Of a DNA stretch of 64,000 bases, positions 28,097 through 37,262 are shown in pieces. The DNA is from Candidatus Brocadiia bacterium (GTDB lineage Bacteria; Planctomycetota; Brocadiia; CAIUPP01): NCBI GenBank assembly GCA_050015075.1, contig JBEKCB010000008.1, positions 1-64,000 on the forward strand, read 5' to 3'. Both the position numbers and the translations under genes were made by a program. Position 1 is the first letter of the stretch. Each line of letters opens with the position of its first letter. A model generated the notes under the pieces. It was not told the origin of the DNA. It saw only the letters and a list, made by a program, of their open reading frames with translations, and made no database searches.

Positions 28097-29905
28097 TCAG
28101 TCCCCCGGCGCCTTGAGCACCGCCACGAACGCCTCCTGCGGAACGGAGACCTGCCCGACCATCTTCATGCGTTTCTTGCCGGCCTTCTGTTTTTCCAGGA
28201 GCTTGCGCTTGCGCGAGACATCGCCGCCGTAGCACTTGGCGGTCACGTCCTTCCGCAGGGCGTTAATCGTCCGGCGCGCGATGATCGTGCCTCCGATGGC
28301 GCCCTGGAGGGCGATCTTGAAATTCTGCCGCGGGATGGTCTCCTCGAGCCGCTCGCAGGCGTACATCGCCGTGGCCCGCGCTTTGGTTTGGTGCGTGAGC
28401 TGCGAGAGCGCGTCGAGCCGCTCGCCGTTGACGAGAATGTCCAGCTTGACGATCTCCGACTGCCGGTAATCCAGCATGGTGTAATCGAGCGACCCGTATC
28501 CCTGCGTGATCTGCTTCAGGTTCTCGTAGAAGTGGTAGATCACCTCCGCCAGCGGCAGGTCCACCTCGACTTGCAGGCGATGGCGGCCGATATAGTGCGT
28601 GCGCGGGTTCGTCGCGCGGGCGCTCATGCACAGCGTCATCACCGGCCCGATGGACTGCTCCGGGGTGATGATGGACGCCCGGACGAAAGGCTCTTCCACG
28701 CTCTCGATCCTGGCCGGGTCGGGGTAGTACGAAGGGTTATCCACCTCGACGAAATCGCCGTTCGACAGCAGGACGCGGTACACCACGCTCGGCGCGGTCA
28801 GGACGAGCGAGATCCCGTGCTCCTCCTCGATGCGCTGCTGCACGACGTCCAGGTGCAGCGCCCCGAGGAACCCGCAGCGGAAGCCCAGGCCGAGGCCGAC
28901 CGACGAGTCCTTCTGATAGACCAGCGCCGCGTCGTTGAGCGCGTAGCGCTCGATCGCCACCGCCAGCGCGTCGTAGTCGCTCGCGGACATCGGGTAGATC
29001 GAGGAAAAGACCATCGGCTTGACCGGCTCGAAACCGGGCAGGCTCTGCGCGGTGGGGTTCTGATCGTGCGTCATCGTATCGCCGATCCGCACGTCCGCCA
29101 GCGTCCGGATGCCGGCCACCACATAGCCGACCTCGCCGACGCTCATGGACTCGCGCGGGACCTGCTTGATCTGAGACCACCCCACTTCCATCACCGTGTA
29201 GACGACGTTGTTCGACATGAAGCGAATGACGTCGCCCGGGCGGATGGTGCCTTCCATGATGCGGAAACCGACGACGACGCCGCGGAAGGGAGTGTAAATC
29301 GCGTCGAAGACCAGCGCCTTGAGCGGCGCCTCCGGATCGCCGGCGGGCGGCGGAATCCGCTCGATGACCGCCTCGAGGATCTGCTCGACTCCTTTGCCGG
29401 TCTTGGCCGAGCACAGGATGGCATCGTCCGTGGGAAGCGCGAGTTCCTCCTCGATCTGCTCCTTGGTCCCCTCGATATCGGCCGTCGCGAGGTCAATCTT
29501 GTTGATGACCGGGATGATCTCCAGGTTGTGCTCCACGGCCTTGAAGAGGTGGGCCACGGTCTGCGCCTGCACGCCCTGCCCGGCGTCCACCAGCAGCAGC
29601 GCGCCCTCGCACGACGCGAGCACGCGCGACACCTCGTAGGAGAAATCCGCGTGGCCCGGGGTATCAATCAGGTTGATGAGATAGTCCTTGCCGTCGAGCG
29701 CCTTGTACGGCAGCGTGACGCTGTTGCTCTTGATTGTGATCCCGCGCTCCCGCTCGATGTCCATGGTGTCCAGCATCTGATCGCGGAACTCCCGATCGGT
29801 CACCAGGTTGCACTGCTGAATGAGCCGCTCCGCCAGCGTGGATTTCCCATGGTCCACGTGCGCGATGATGCAGATATTCCGGATGTGCGAGGCGTTCGAT
29901 AACAT
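28097..29905 (-). CDS. lepA: Translation elongation factor 4 (LepA), divergent
   Basis: AHVDHGKST, ERERGITIK, DTPGH, NKID, GFRCGFLG, RKDVTAKCYGGD.SRKRKLLEKQK.GKKRMK. Confidence 0.96.
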   Translation of the reverse strand: MLSNASHIRNICIIAHVDHGKSTLAERLIQQCNLVTDREFRDQMLDTMDIERERGITIKSNSVTLPYKALDGKDYLINLIDTPGHADFSYEVSRVLASCEGALLLVDAGQGVQAQTVAHLFKAVEHNLEIIPVINKIDLATADIEGTKEQIEEELALPTDDAILCSAKTGKGVEQILEAVIERIPPPAGDPEAPLKALVFDAIYTPFRGVVVGFRIMEGTIRPGDVIRFMSNNVVYTVMEVGWSQIKQVPRESMSVGEVGYVVAGIRTLADVRIGDTMTHDQNPTAQSLPGFEPVKPMVFSSIYPMSASDYDALAVAIERYALNDAALVYQKDSSVGLGLGFRCGFLGALHLDVVQQRIEEEHGISLVLTAPSVVYRVLLSNGDFVEVDNPSYYPDPARIESVEEPFVRASIITPEQSIGPVMTLCMSARATNPRTHYIGRHRLQVEVDLPLAEVIYHFYENLKQITQGYGSLDYTMLDYRQSEIVKLDILVNGERLDALSQLTHQTKARATAMYACERLEETIPRQNFKIALQGAIGGTIIARRTINALRKDVTAKCYGGDVSRKRKLLEKQKAGKKRMKMVGQVSVPQEAFVAVLKAPGD

Positions 29906-30005
29906 AGTTCCGGTTCACCGGCCTGAAAAACAACGCGCCATCGGGAGGCTGCGGACGCAAGGGGCCTACGTCGGCGATGGGCGATGACTTGCGCGTAGAT
30001 TATCT

Positions 30006-30034
30006 ATGATACGTGTTATGCGGCCGTTTTGCAA
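30006..30034 (-). promoter_or_regulatory. Sigma70-type promoter for lepA
   Basis: Minus strand TTGCAA-N17-TATCAT. Confidence 0.5.
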
Positions 30035-30063
30035 CGCGGGCGAGTGAGCAGTTAAGTCGCGTG

Positions 30064-30483
30064 TCACCGGAACTCGTGGCTGAGGAAATCTTCCGGAGTC
30101 AGCACGGGGACCTTTCCGCGCTTGGGGAAATCGGAGGGGTTGCGCGTGACAAGACAATCAGCCCCTGCCAGCGTCGCAATCGCGTATTGCAGCGCGTCCT
30201 CGAAGTCGAGCATGTGACTCTGCAACGCCATGCGCCCGGCCTGGCCCGGACAGTCGGCGATCTGCAACACCCGGCAGATCGTGTTGAGGGCCTCGCGCGC
30301 GGCATTCGGGTCGGTGCGTTTCCGAACCAGATAGGAAATCGTTCCGAGGGAGACGAGCGAGACCAACCCTTCCACCTCGCGCGATTCGACTTTCAGCCAA
30401 ATCTTCGCCGCAGCGGCATAGAAGGGATCGCGTCTGAGGAGGATGTCCAGAAGAACGTTCGTGTCGAGAAAGACGCGCTTCAA
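30064..30483 (-). CDS. PIN-domain (VapC-like) toxin
   Basis: VFLDTNVLLD, DFEDALQY..A, LVTRN..DF. Confidence 0.92.
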   Translation of the reverse strand: MKRVFLDTNVLLDILLRRDPFYAAAAKIWLKVESREVEGLVSLVSLGTISYLVRKRTDPNAAREALNTICRVLQIADCPGQAGRMALQSHMLDFEDALQYAIATLAGADCLVTRNPSDFPKRGKVPVLTPEDFLSHEFR

Positions 30484-30764
30484 TTTGCCTCCCTCGGCTC
30501 GTCCACCAACCCATACTTCTCGACCAGGGCCTCGAACAGGAGGTCGTCAGCGGTCTTGCCTTCCGGTAGCGTGAGGATGCCGGAGAGCTTCTCCAGGGCC
30601 GATCCGGAAGGAACGGCCACGGCTTGGCTCCGCTCTCTGACGACGAGCGCGCGGATGACCCGGGAGAAAGTGGCCGAAACGCTCGTGTTGTGTTTACGGG
30701 CGTATTGCTTGGCCATTTTGACGACTTCCGGTTTTACAGTCAGCGTCAGCTTAATGCTTGCCAT
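30480..30764 (-). CDS. DUF6364-like RHH antitoxin
   Basis: KLTLTV...VV..AKQYA....TSVS, LSGIL; 4-nt overlap with the PIN gene. Confidence 0.85.
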   Translation of the reverse strand: MASIKLTLTVKPEVVKMAKQYARKHNTSVSATFSRVIRALVVRERSQAVAVPSGSALEKLSGILTLPEGKTADDLLFEALVEKYGLVDEPREAN

Positions 30765-30798
30765 CCGTTTGCCTCCGTAACACGTGTCCTCTCACCAA

Positions 30799-30827
30799 AT
30801 TATACGTGTCGTCGTATGCCGAGTCAA
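30799..30827 (-). promoter_or_regulatory. Sigma70-type promoter of the TA operon
   Basis: Minus strand TTGACT-N17-TATAAT, with an ACACGTGT palindrome downstream (30780-30787). Confidence 0.65.
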
Positions 30828-30877
30828 CCACCTCGTGGCGCGGAGGCTTACGGTCGCCAAGTCCAACTCGCCGAAAA

Positions 30878-30960
30878 AAGCGCACTCAAGCCACTCCGAA
30901 GCGCACTGAAGCGCACTCAAACCGCTCCCAAGCGCACCGAAACCACTGGCAAGCGCACTG
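30878..30960. repeat. Eight AAGCGCACT-like motifs at 10-11 bp spacing
   Basis: Motif starts at 30878, 30888, 30899, 30909, 30919, 30930, 30940, 30951. Confidence 0.85.
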
Positions 30961-31025
30961 ACTTCGGCGGCGATGCCCCGGCCGAAAATCCGGTGTTATA
31001 ATATAATGTTCGCACGAAGAAGAAT

Positions 31026-31110
31026 TCTCTCGCCAAGACGCGAAGAGCGCAAAGAACGAAAGACTACCCAATTATTTTGTTCTTGGCGCTCTTCGCGTCT
31101 TGGCGAGAGA
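31026..31110. repeat. Long inverted repeat: 32-bp arms, 21-nt loop
   Basis: TCTCTCGCCAAGACGCGAAGAGCGCAAAGAAC ... GTTCTTGGCGCTCTTCGCGTCTTGGCGAGAGA, 31/32 complementary. Confidence 0.92.
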
Positions 31111-31310
31111 TCTTTCGTTCTGGCGTAGATGCGTGATAAGTCGCAAGATGCTGAGGGAAAAGATGATAACGCTTACGAAGCGAGTTGAAAAAACGAACCC
31201 AGCGTGTCACAACTGCTTTTGACAACACGTCTTGCGGCAGAGCTATCGTAACACCATATAACACCGTATGTTATAACACACGATTCGAAGCCATACTCCA
31301 TTCCTTGCAT

Positions 31311-31339
31311 TTGCCGCGCGTCTCTCTTGTCGCTACAAT
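31311..31339 (+). promoter_or_regulatory. Sigma70-type promoter
   Basis: TTGCCG-N17-TACAAT upstream of 31398. Confidence 0.5.
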
Positions 31340-31397
31340 AAGAGCCGTCGTTCCGATCCTTCGCCAGCACCGCTTCGGCTTGGGGGAAAGGCGCCCT

Positions 31398-33680
31398 ATG
31401 CGCGAGCTGATGAACTTCACGTTTGAAAACGGAAAGCTCCCGCCGGAGTGGATGGAGCGGGAGCGGGAATACAGCTTCGAGCGCGGGGCGCTGCGGAGCG
31501 GGCGCGCCGTCTCCGCGGAGTTCATCGTCCCCGGAAACGGCTGGCGGGAATTCCGCGTCGAGATGGAAGTCGAGCCGATCGGCGGCGCGGTCCTCTCCTG
31601 CGGCGACGGTTCGCACACGATCGTCGTGGACCTCAAGCGCGGCATGCACTCCATAATGAACTACGGCCCGTCGCAACTGGCCGAGGCCCGCAAGGAGATA
31701 CCGGCCAAGGCGGGTTTTTATCTCGTGACTTTCGAGTTCCACGACGGCCGCCTGCGCGCTTGCGTGGACGGCGACGAAGTCGTCTCCGCCGCCGTCCCGC
31801 AGCCGCGAGCGACCGCAGGGCTGATCGGGGTCCAGTTCCGGGATGATTGTCTCGTCCGTCGCGTCAGGGTCCTAGGCGACGGGCTCGTCGAGACGCCGTC
31901 ACTTTCTTACCCGCCGCACGCGGGCAAGGAATTCTCCCTCGAGGTCAACGTGGATCTCCCGGATGACCTGATGCACGCGCCGTTCACCCGCGACATGTTC
32001 GACTGGCTGTTCGCCGAGTTCAATCGCTGGGGCGTGAAGCGAGTCCACTGGATCTACTACGGCGGCGCCAAGAGCGGGCTGTGGGATTGCTGCATCGCCG
32101 GCCTGGCGTACCGGAACTGGGCCAAGACGGTGGAGAACATGGGAGAGATTTTCCCGGTCGCCGTCGAGTCGGCGCACGCTCACGACCTGGAAATTTTCGG
32201 GCTGATCAAGCCCTTCGACATGGGCTTTTTCGAAAGTTTCGGCGAAGGGACGCCGGCGGCAAAGGCTCACGGCAAGCTCGCGCGGATCGGCGGGCCGATC
32301 GGCTGGATCGCGAACTTCGCCGCGCAGCGGCGCGATCTGATTACATCGCGCAAGCCGGGCGTCTTCGGGCCGGCCCGAAGCAAGGCGTTCACGCGGATTG
32401 ACCTGGTGAAAGAGGACGACCGGCCCGCCGAGTTTTCGGTGGACGGCGTCCGCCTTTTCGTCAGCGATGACAACGCCACCTATCGCCCGTACGAAGGCCC
32501 GATGACGCGCCAGGAAGTGGTCGAGGACTATCCGGTCTGGGAGCACACCTCGTCCGGCGGTCGGCCTGCGGGGCAAAGTCGCCGCGCGCGCGTCATACGG
32601 CTGAAGGACCTGGAGGTCCGCAATCCGTACCTGGCGCTGGCCGTCGAGGGGCGCGGAGAATCGTTCGCCAACACGCTGATCAACCTCATTCATGTGTTCG
32701 GCGAAAACGGAGAAGAGCGGCGGCTGACCTACGGCCTGATGTCCCGCACCGCGGCCGGCGAGCCGGACCATTGCGACCTGCGCGGCGGGGTCCAGGATTT
32801 CCGCACGCTCGGCGTCGAGTTCGACTGCTGGCCCGGCACGCCCACGAACGTCTTCCCGGACTACGACGGCATCCGCGCGCGGTGCGCGCTGGACGGCGCC
32901 GCGGGACTGCTGGCCGTCGCCCGCGGCAAGGAGCAAGGGCCCATCGCCATGCTCTCGCCGTCGTTCGCCGAGGTCCAGGACTGGTGGCTCACGTGGGTGC
33001 AGGACTGCATGGACGCCGGCGCGGACGGCATCGAATTGCGCGTGCGCAACCACCACAGCACGCTCACGTGGAGGGAGTTCGGTTTCGAGAAGCCCCTGCG
33101 CGACGCGTTCCTCCAGCGATACGGCGTGGACCTCTGGGAGACGGACGATTTCAACCTGGCCGAGTGGCGGCGACTGCGCGGCGAGGCGTACACGCAGTTC
33201 TACCGCCGCGTCCGCGAACTCACCCGCCGCTGTGGCAAGCCGATGGGCCTTCACATCAGCCCCACCACCGGCAGCATGGAACCGGAACAGGGTGCGGCGA
33301 TGGAAATCCATTGGGACTGGCGCCGATGGCTCAGAGAGAGACTCTGCGACAGCCTGACGATGAAGGAACTCTGGCCGAGGACGCCTCTGGCGGAAGAAGT
33401 CCTGTCGCTCGCCCGTCCCCGGAACATTCGGACGATCTTCTGCCCCTACGCCAACAACATCTGGCGCAAGCCGGGCGGAGAGCGGGTCGTGGCCGACTGG
33501 ATCCGCCTCGCGCGCGAAGGCGGTTACGACGGCTACCAGCTCTACGAATGCTGCGCCGTCGTCCGCGCCGCGAAGGACGGCAGCGTCACCATGGAGCAGC
33601 CGGCGTTGCGGGAACTGTTCCAGCGGCAATTCGGAAAACAGCCGCCAGGCGGCGGCGACGGCGGAAGGCAAAAGCAGTGA
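31398..33680 (+). CDS. Hypothetical glycoside-hydrolase-like protein (N-terminal beta-sandwich plus TIM barrel)
   Basis: GVKRVHW, AHAHDLEIFG, GADGIELR, F...YGVD, W.RLRGE.YT.F resemble GHL10-type barrels. Confidence 0.55.
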   Translation: MRELMNFTFENGKLPPEWMEREREYSFERGALRSGRAVSAEFIVPGNGWREFRVEMEVEPIGGAVLSCGDGSHTIVVDLKRGMHSIMNYGPSQLAEARKEIPAKAGFYLVTFEFHDGRLRACVDGDEVVSAAVPQPRATAGLIGVQFRDDCLVRRVRVLGDGLVETPSLSYPPHAGKEFSLEVNVDLPDDLMHAPFTRDMFDWLFAEFNRWGVKRVHWIYYGGAKSGLWDCCIAGLAYRNWAKTVENMGEIFPVAVESAHAHDLEIFGLIKPFDMGFFESFGEGTPAAKAHGKLARIGGPIGWIANFAAQRRDLITSRKPGVFGPARSKAFTRIDLVKEDDRPAEFSVDGVRLFVSDDNATYRPYEGPMTRQEVVEDYPVWEHTSSGGRPAGQSRRARVIRLKDLEVRNPYLALAVEGRGESFANTLINLIHVFGENGEERRLTYGLMSRTAAGEPDHCDLRGGVQDFRTLGVEFDCWPGTPTNVFPDYDGIRARCALDGAAGLLAVARGKEQGPIAMLSPSFAEVQDWWLTWVQDCMDAGADGIELRVRNHHSTLTWREFGFEKPLRDAFLQRYGVDLWETDDFNLAEWRRLRGEAYTQFYRRVRELTRRCGKPMGLHISPTTGSMEPEQGAAMEIHWDWRRWLRERLCDSLTMKELWPRTPLAEEVLSLARPRNIRTIFCPYANNIWRKPGGERVVADWIRLAREGGYDGYQLYECCAVVRAAKDGSVTMEQPALRELFQRQFGKQPPGGGDGGRQKQ

Positions 33681-33826
33681 GCCGCGAGCAGCGGCTTTGC
33701 CGGCGAATTGGGCTTGCGGAACCGGCCAAAGAGTGTAGAATATCGCCAACCAGACTCACGACGGTCGCGAGTCTGTTTTCATCCGCGAAACCCCGGGCAA
33801 GATGGTTCTGACAGGAGATTGATCTC

Positions 33827-34819
33827 ATGCGCGTCTGCGTCGTCGGCGGAACGGGCAACATCAGCACGAGCATCGTCCGCCTCCTGCTGGAGGTCGGGCA
33901 CGAGGTGACGCTCTTCAACCGCGGCAAGCGCGGCACGGTGCCGGCGGGCGTGAAGGTGATCCATGGCGACCTCAAGGAGCGCGCGGCGTTCGAGGCGGCC
34001 ATGCAGGCGCAGCGGTTCGACGCGGCGATCCACATGATCTGCTACGGCGCCGACGACGCCCGCAGCGCGCTGCGCGCCTTCCGCGACGTCAAGCATCTCG
34101 TCTACTGCTCCACGGTCTGCGCGTACGGCGTCCAGTACGACTGGCTCCCGGTGACGGAGGACCATCCGCTGCGGCCGATCACCGACTACGGGCGCAACAA
34201 GGCGGCCGCGGACCGGATTTACATGGAGGCGTACAACGGGCAGGGTTTTCCCGTCACGATTATCCGGCCGAGCAGCACCTTCGGCCCGACCTGGTCCCTG
34301 CTGCGGCAGATCGCGTGGGAAGCGGCGTGGGTGGACCGCGTGCGCAAGGGCAAGCCGATCGCCCTCTGCGGCGACGGCCGCGCGCTGCATCAGTGGATGT
34401 ACGTGGACGACGCCGCGCCGGCGTTCGTCTTCCCCATCGGCCGCGACCGCTGCGTCGGCCAGATTTACAACATGATGAAGAGCGAATTCGGCACGTGGGC
34501 CGAGTATCACCGCACGGCGATGAAGGTGATCGGCCGCGAGGTGGAGATGGTCGGTGTGCCGCTCGAAACGATCGTGGCGGCGAAGGTCCCGAACAGCGGC
34601 ATCTGCCAGGAGATCTTCTCATACAACGTGATCTACAGTCCCGCGCGGCTGATGCGCGACGTGCCCGAGTTCCGCCCGCGCCTTTCGCTCGAACAGTCCC
34701 TCGCCCGCGTCTACGAGGCGATGCAGCGCGAGAAGCGCATCCCCGATTCCGACAAGGAAGACTGGGAGGACCGCCTCATCGCCGCGCAACGAAAGGTCGG
34801 CGAGCTGAAGCTATCGTGA
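33827..34819 (+). CDS. NAD-dependent epimerase/dehydratase (atypical SDR)
   Basis: VVGGTGNIS, TLFNRG, YGRNK, TIIRPS. Confidence 0.88.
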   Translation: MRVCVVGGTGNISTSIVRLLLEVGHEVTLFNRGKRGTVPAGVKVIHGDLKERAAFEAAMQAQRFDAAIHMICYGADDARSALRAFRDVKHLVYCSTVCAYGVQYDWLPVTEDHPLRPITDYGRNKAAADRIYMEAYNGQGFPVTIIRPSSTFGPTWSLLRQIAWEAAWVDRVRKGKPIALCGDGRALHQWMYVDDAAPAFVFPIGRDRCVGQIYNMMKSEFGTWAEYHRTAMKVIGREVEMVGVPLETIVAAKVPNSGICQEIFSYNVIYSPARLMRDVPEFRPRLSLEQSLARVYEAMQREKRIPDSDKEDWEDRLIAAQRKVGELKLS

Positions 34820-34841
34820 GCGGTCGCCGGATTGTTTTTTG

Positions 34842-34865
34842 ACAGGATTACAGGATTGACAGGAC
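34842..34865 (+). repeat. Solo triple direct repeat ACAGGATT-ACAGGATT-G-ACAGGAC
   Basis: Intergenic; same 8-8-1-8 layout as the arms at 31026 and 37138. Confidence 0.6.
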
Positions 34866-35005
34866 GTCTTTACAACGGCGGATTGTAAGAGCTTGATTCA
34901 CGGGATAGCGCGGGCGGGCGATTTCCAATCCGCAATTTTTGCAGTGGTCATCCCGGCCTTTCGGCGGGAGCTGCGAGAGCGAAACCCTGAGAGGAGGAGC
35001 GCGTC

Positions 35006-36235
35006 ATGAAAGTGGGCATCATCGGAGCGGGCTTCGTAGCCAATTTTCACGTGCGGGCGTTGCACTCGGTCCGCGGGGCCGAGGTCAGCGCGGTGTACGC
35101 GCTGAAGGGCGCGGAGGAGCTTCGCGATCGCGCCATCGCCTCGGGCGTCGGCAAGCCCGTGGTCTGCGACAGCATCAAGGATCTGTGCCAGAAGGCCGAC
35201 GTCGTCTGCCTCTTTCTGCCCAACTTCGCGCGGCTCGAGGCGGTCAAGGCCATCGTGAAAGCCACGGCCAAGGGCAGCAAGATCCAGGGCATCATCGCGG
35301 AAAAGCCGTTGGCGCGAAACGTGGCCGAGGCCAACGAAGTCGTCCGCCTGATCGAGTCCAGGGGTTGGCCCACCGCCTATTTCGAGAACCAGATCCACAT
35401 GCCCGCGGTCATCAACGCCCGGCAGCAACTGCTGGCGATCGAGAAGAAGATGGGGCCGCCCAATCTCGTGCGCACCGCCGAAGAGCACGGCGGCCCGCAT
35501 GAGGCGTGGTTCTGGGATCCCACTCGTCAGGGCGGCGGCGTCTGGTGCGACATGGGCTGCCACAGCGTGGCCGTGGGCGAGGAACTGGCCACGCCGGCAT
35601 CCGGAAAGCGGCTGATCCCGCTTTCGCTGACGGCGAACATGGGCCTGCTCAAATGGGGCAATGAGCCCTGGAAGAGCCGCCTGATGAAACGCGGCGTGGA
35701 CTATGCCAAGACCCCGGCCGAGGACTACGCGTGCGTCTCTTTCACTTTCGAGAGCGAGGGCGGAAAGCTCGTGGTGGTCCAGGCCACCGATTCGTGGATG
35801 TACGAAGCGCCCGGTCTGCGGCTCAACATGGAAATGATGGGCCCGGGCTACGCGCTCAACGTCAACACGCTCAACTCGTCATCGGGCATCTTCATCAGCG
35901 ACGACGCGGCGGCCAGCGTGGGCAACGCGGAACTCGCCCTGGAAAAATCCCAGGCCAGCCGCGGCCAGCTCGTCGTCCAGCCCAATGAGCCGGACCTGTA
36001 CGGATACGTCGGCGAATGGCGCGACGCCGTTGCCTGCCTGGAAAAGGGCAAGAGCGCCAAGCTCGATTTCGCCTACGGCGCGCGCGTGGTAAAGTTGGTG
36101 ATGGCCGCCTACATGAGCCACGAGCGCCGGCAGACCATTGATTTGCAGCGTGGAAAATTCCTGGATTCAGCCGAGCTCGCCGACTACGTGCCGCTGATCC
36201 AGCAGGGCAAGGGCCGGGAAATCCTGTCCCGTTAA
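35006..36235 (+). CDS. Gfo/Idh/MocA family oxidoreductase
   Basis: VGIIGAGFVA.FH, EKPLA, HGGPH..WFWD...GGG...DMGCHS. Confidence 0.9.
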   Translation: MKVGIIGAGFVANFHVRALHSVRGAEVSAVYALKGAEELRDRAIASGVGKPVVCDSIKDLCQKADVVCLFLPNFARLEAVKAIVKATAKGSKIQGIIAEKPLARNVAEANEVVRLIESRGWPTAYFENQIHMPAVINARQQLLAIEKKMGPPNLVRTAEEHGGPHEAWFWDPTRQGGGVWCDMGCHSVAVGEELATPASGKRLIPLSLTANMGLLKWGNEPWKSRLMKRGVDYAKTPAEDYACVSFTFESEGGKLVVVQATDSWMYEAPGLRLNMEMMGPGYALNVNTLNSSSGIFISDDAAASVGNAELALEKSQASRGQLVVQPNEPDLYGYVGEWRDAVACLEKGKSAKLDFAYGARVVKLVMAAYMSHERRQTIDLQRGKFLDSAELADYVPLIQQGKGREILSR

Positions 36236-36254
36236 ACCGCGCAAAGGAGCGATT

Positions 36255-37130
36255 ATGAAACTCGGAGTCAGCTCGTACAGTTTCAGCCAGGCGGTAGCCG
36301 CCGGCACGCTGCAGTTCAACGACATCCCGGCGAAGGCGAAGGAGATGGGATTCGACGTGGTGGAGTTCAGCGTGCTGAAGCTGCCGGCGGGCGAGACGCC
36401 GCTGTCGTTCGCGCCGAAACTGCGCGAGCTGTGCGACCGCGCCGGGATCGCGGCGGCGAACTACACGATCGGCGCAGACTTTCTCAACGGCTCGAAAGGC
36501 GACTGGAAAGCGGAGGCCGAGCGGCTGAAGGACGAGGTCCGCGTGGCGAAGATCCTCGGCGCGCCGGGCATGCGGCACGATGCGACGTACGGCTACGCGC
36601 CCGCGCACAAGGGTCCCCGCGGCTTCGACGACGCCCTGCCCGTCCTCGCGAAAGGCTGCCGTGCCGTGACCGAGTTCGCCGCCGATCTCGGCATCCGCAC
36701 GATGATCGAGAACCACGGCTTCTTCGCCCAGGACAGCGCGCGCGTCGAGCGGCTGATGAACGCCGTGAATCACCCCAATTTCGGCTGGCTGGTGGACATG
36801 GGGAACTTCCTCTGCGTGGATGAGGACCCGGCGCAGGCGCTGGGCCGCGCCATGCCGTACGCCTTCCACGTGCATGCGAAGGACTTCCACGTCAAGAGCG
36901 GCCGCAACCCCGCGCCGGGCGCCGGCTGGTTCCAGTCGCGCGGCGGCAACTATCTCCGTGGCGCCGTCATCGGCCACGGCGAGGTGCCCATCGTCCAGTG
37001 CCTGAGCATTATGAAGAAGGCCGGCTACGACGGCGTGCTTTCCATCGAGTTCGAGGGTATCGAGGAGCCGCTCAAAGGCATCGGCATCAGCCTGGCCAAC
37101 CTGCGGCGGTACGTGCAGATGCTGGGGTGA
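36255..37130 (+). CDS. Sugar phosphate isomerase/epimerase (xylose-isomerase-like TIM barrel)
   Basis: GFDVVE, MIENHG, VDMGNF, HVHAKD, GYDG.LSIEFEG. Confidence 0.88.
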   Translation: MKLGVSSYSFSQAVAAGTLQFNDIPAKAKEMGFDVVEFSVLKLPAGETPLSFAPKLRELCDRAGIAAANYTIGADFLNGSKGDWKAEAERLKDEVRVAKILGAPGMRHDATYGYAPAHKGPRGFDDALPVLAKGCRAVTEFAADLGIRTMIENHGFFAQDSARVERLMNAVNHPNFGWLVDMGNFLCVDEDPAQALGRAMPYAFHVHAKDFHVKSGRNPAPGAGWFQSRGGNYLRGAVIGHGEVPIVQCLSIMKKAGYDGVLSIEFEGIEEPLKGIGISLANLRRYVQMLG

Positions 37131-37137
37131 AACTTTT

Positions 37138-37222
37138 ACCACGACGACACGACGAGCACGACGAATGATGACGGCGGCTTCCTTGAACAGCAGTTCCGTC
37201 GTGCCCGTCGTGTCGTCGTGGT
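37138..37222. repeat. Long inverted repeat: 26-bp arms, 33-nt loop
   Basis: ACCACGACGACACGACGAGCACGACG ... CGTCGTGCCCGTCGTGTCGTCGTGGT, 25/26 complementary. Confidence 0.92.
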
Positions 37223-37262
37223 GAAGTTAGGTGATCCGTTGTGTTTAGGAGGGTCCACGAAG

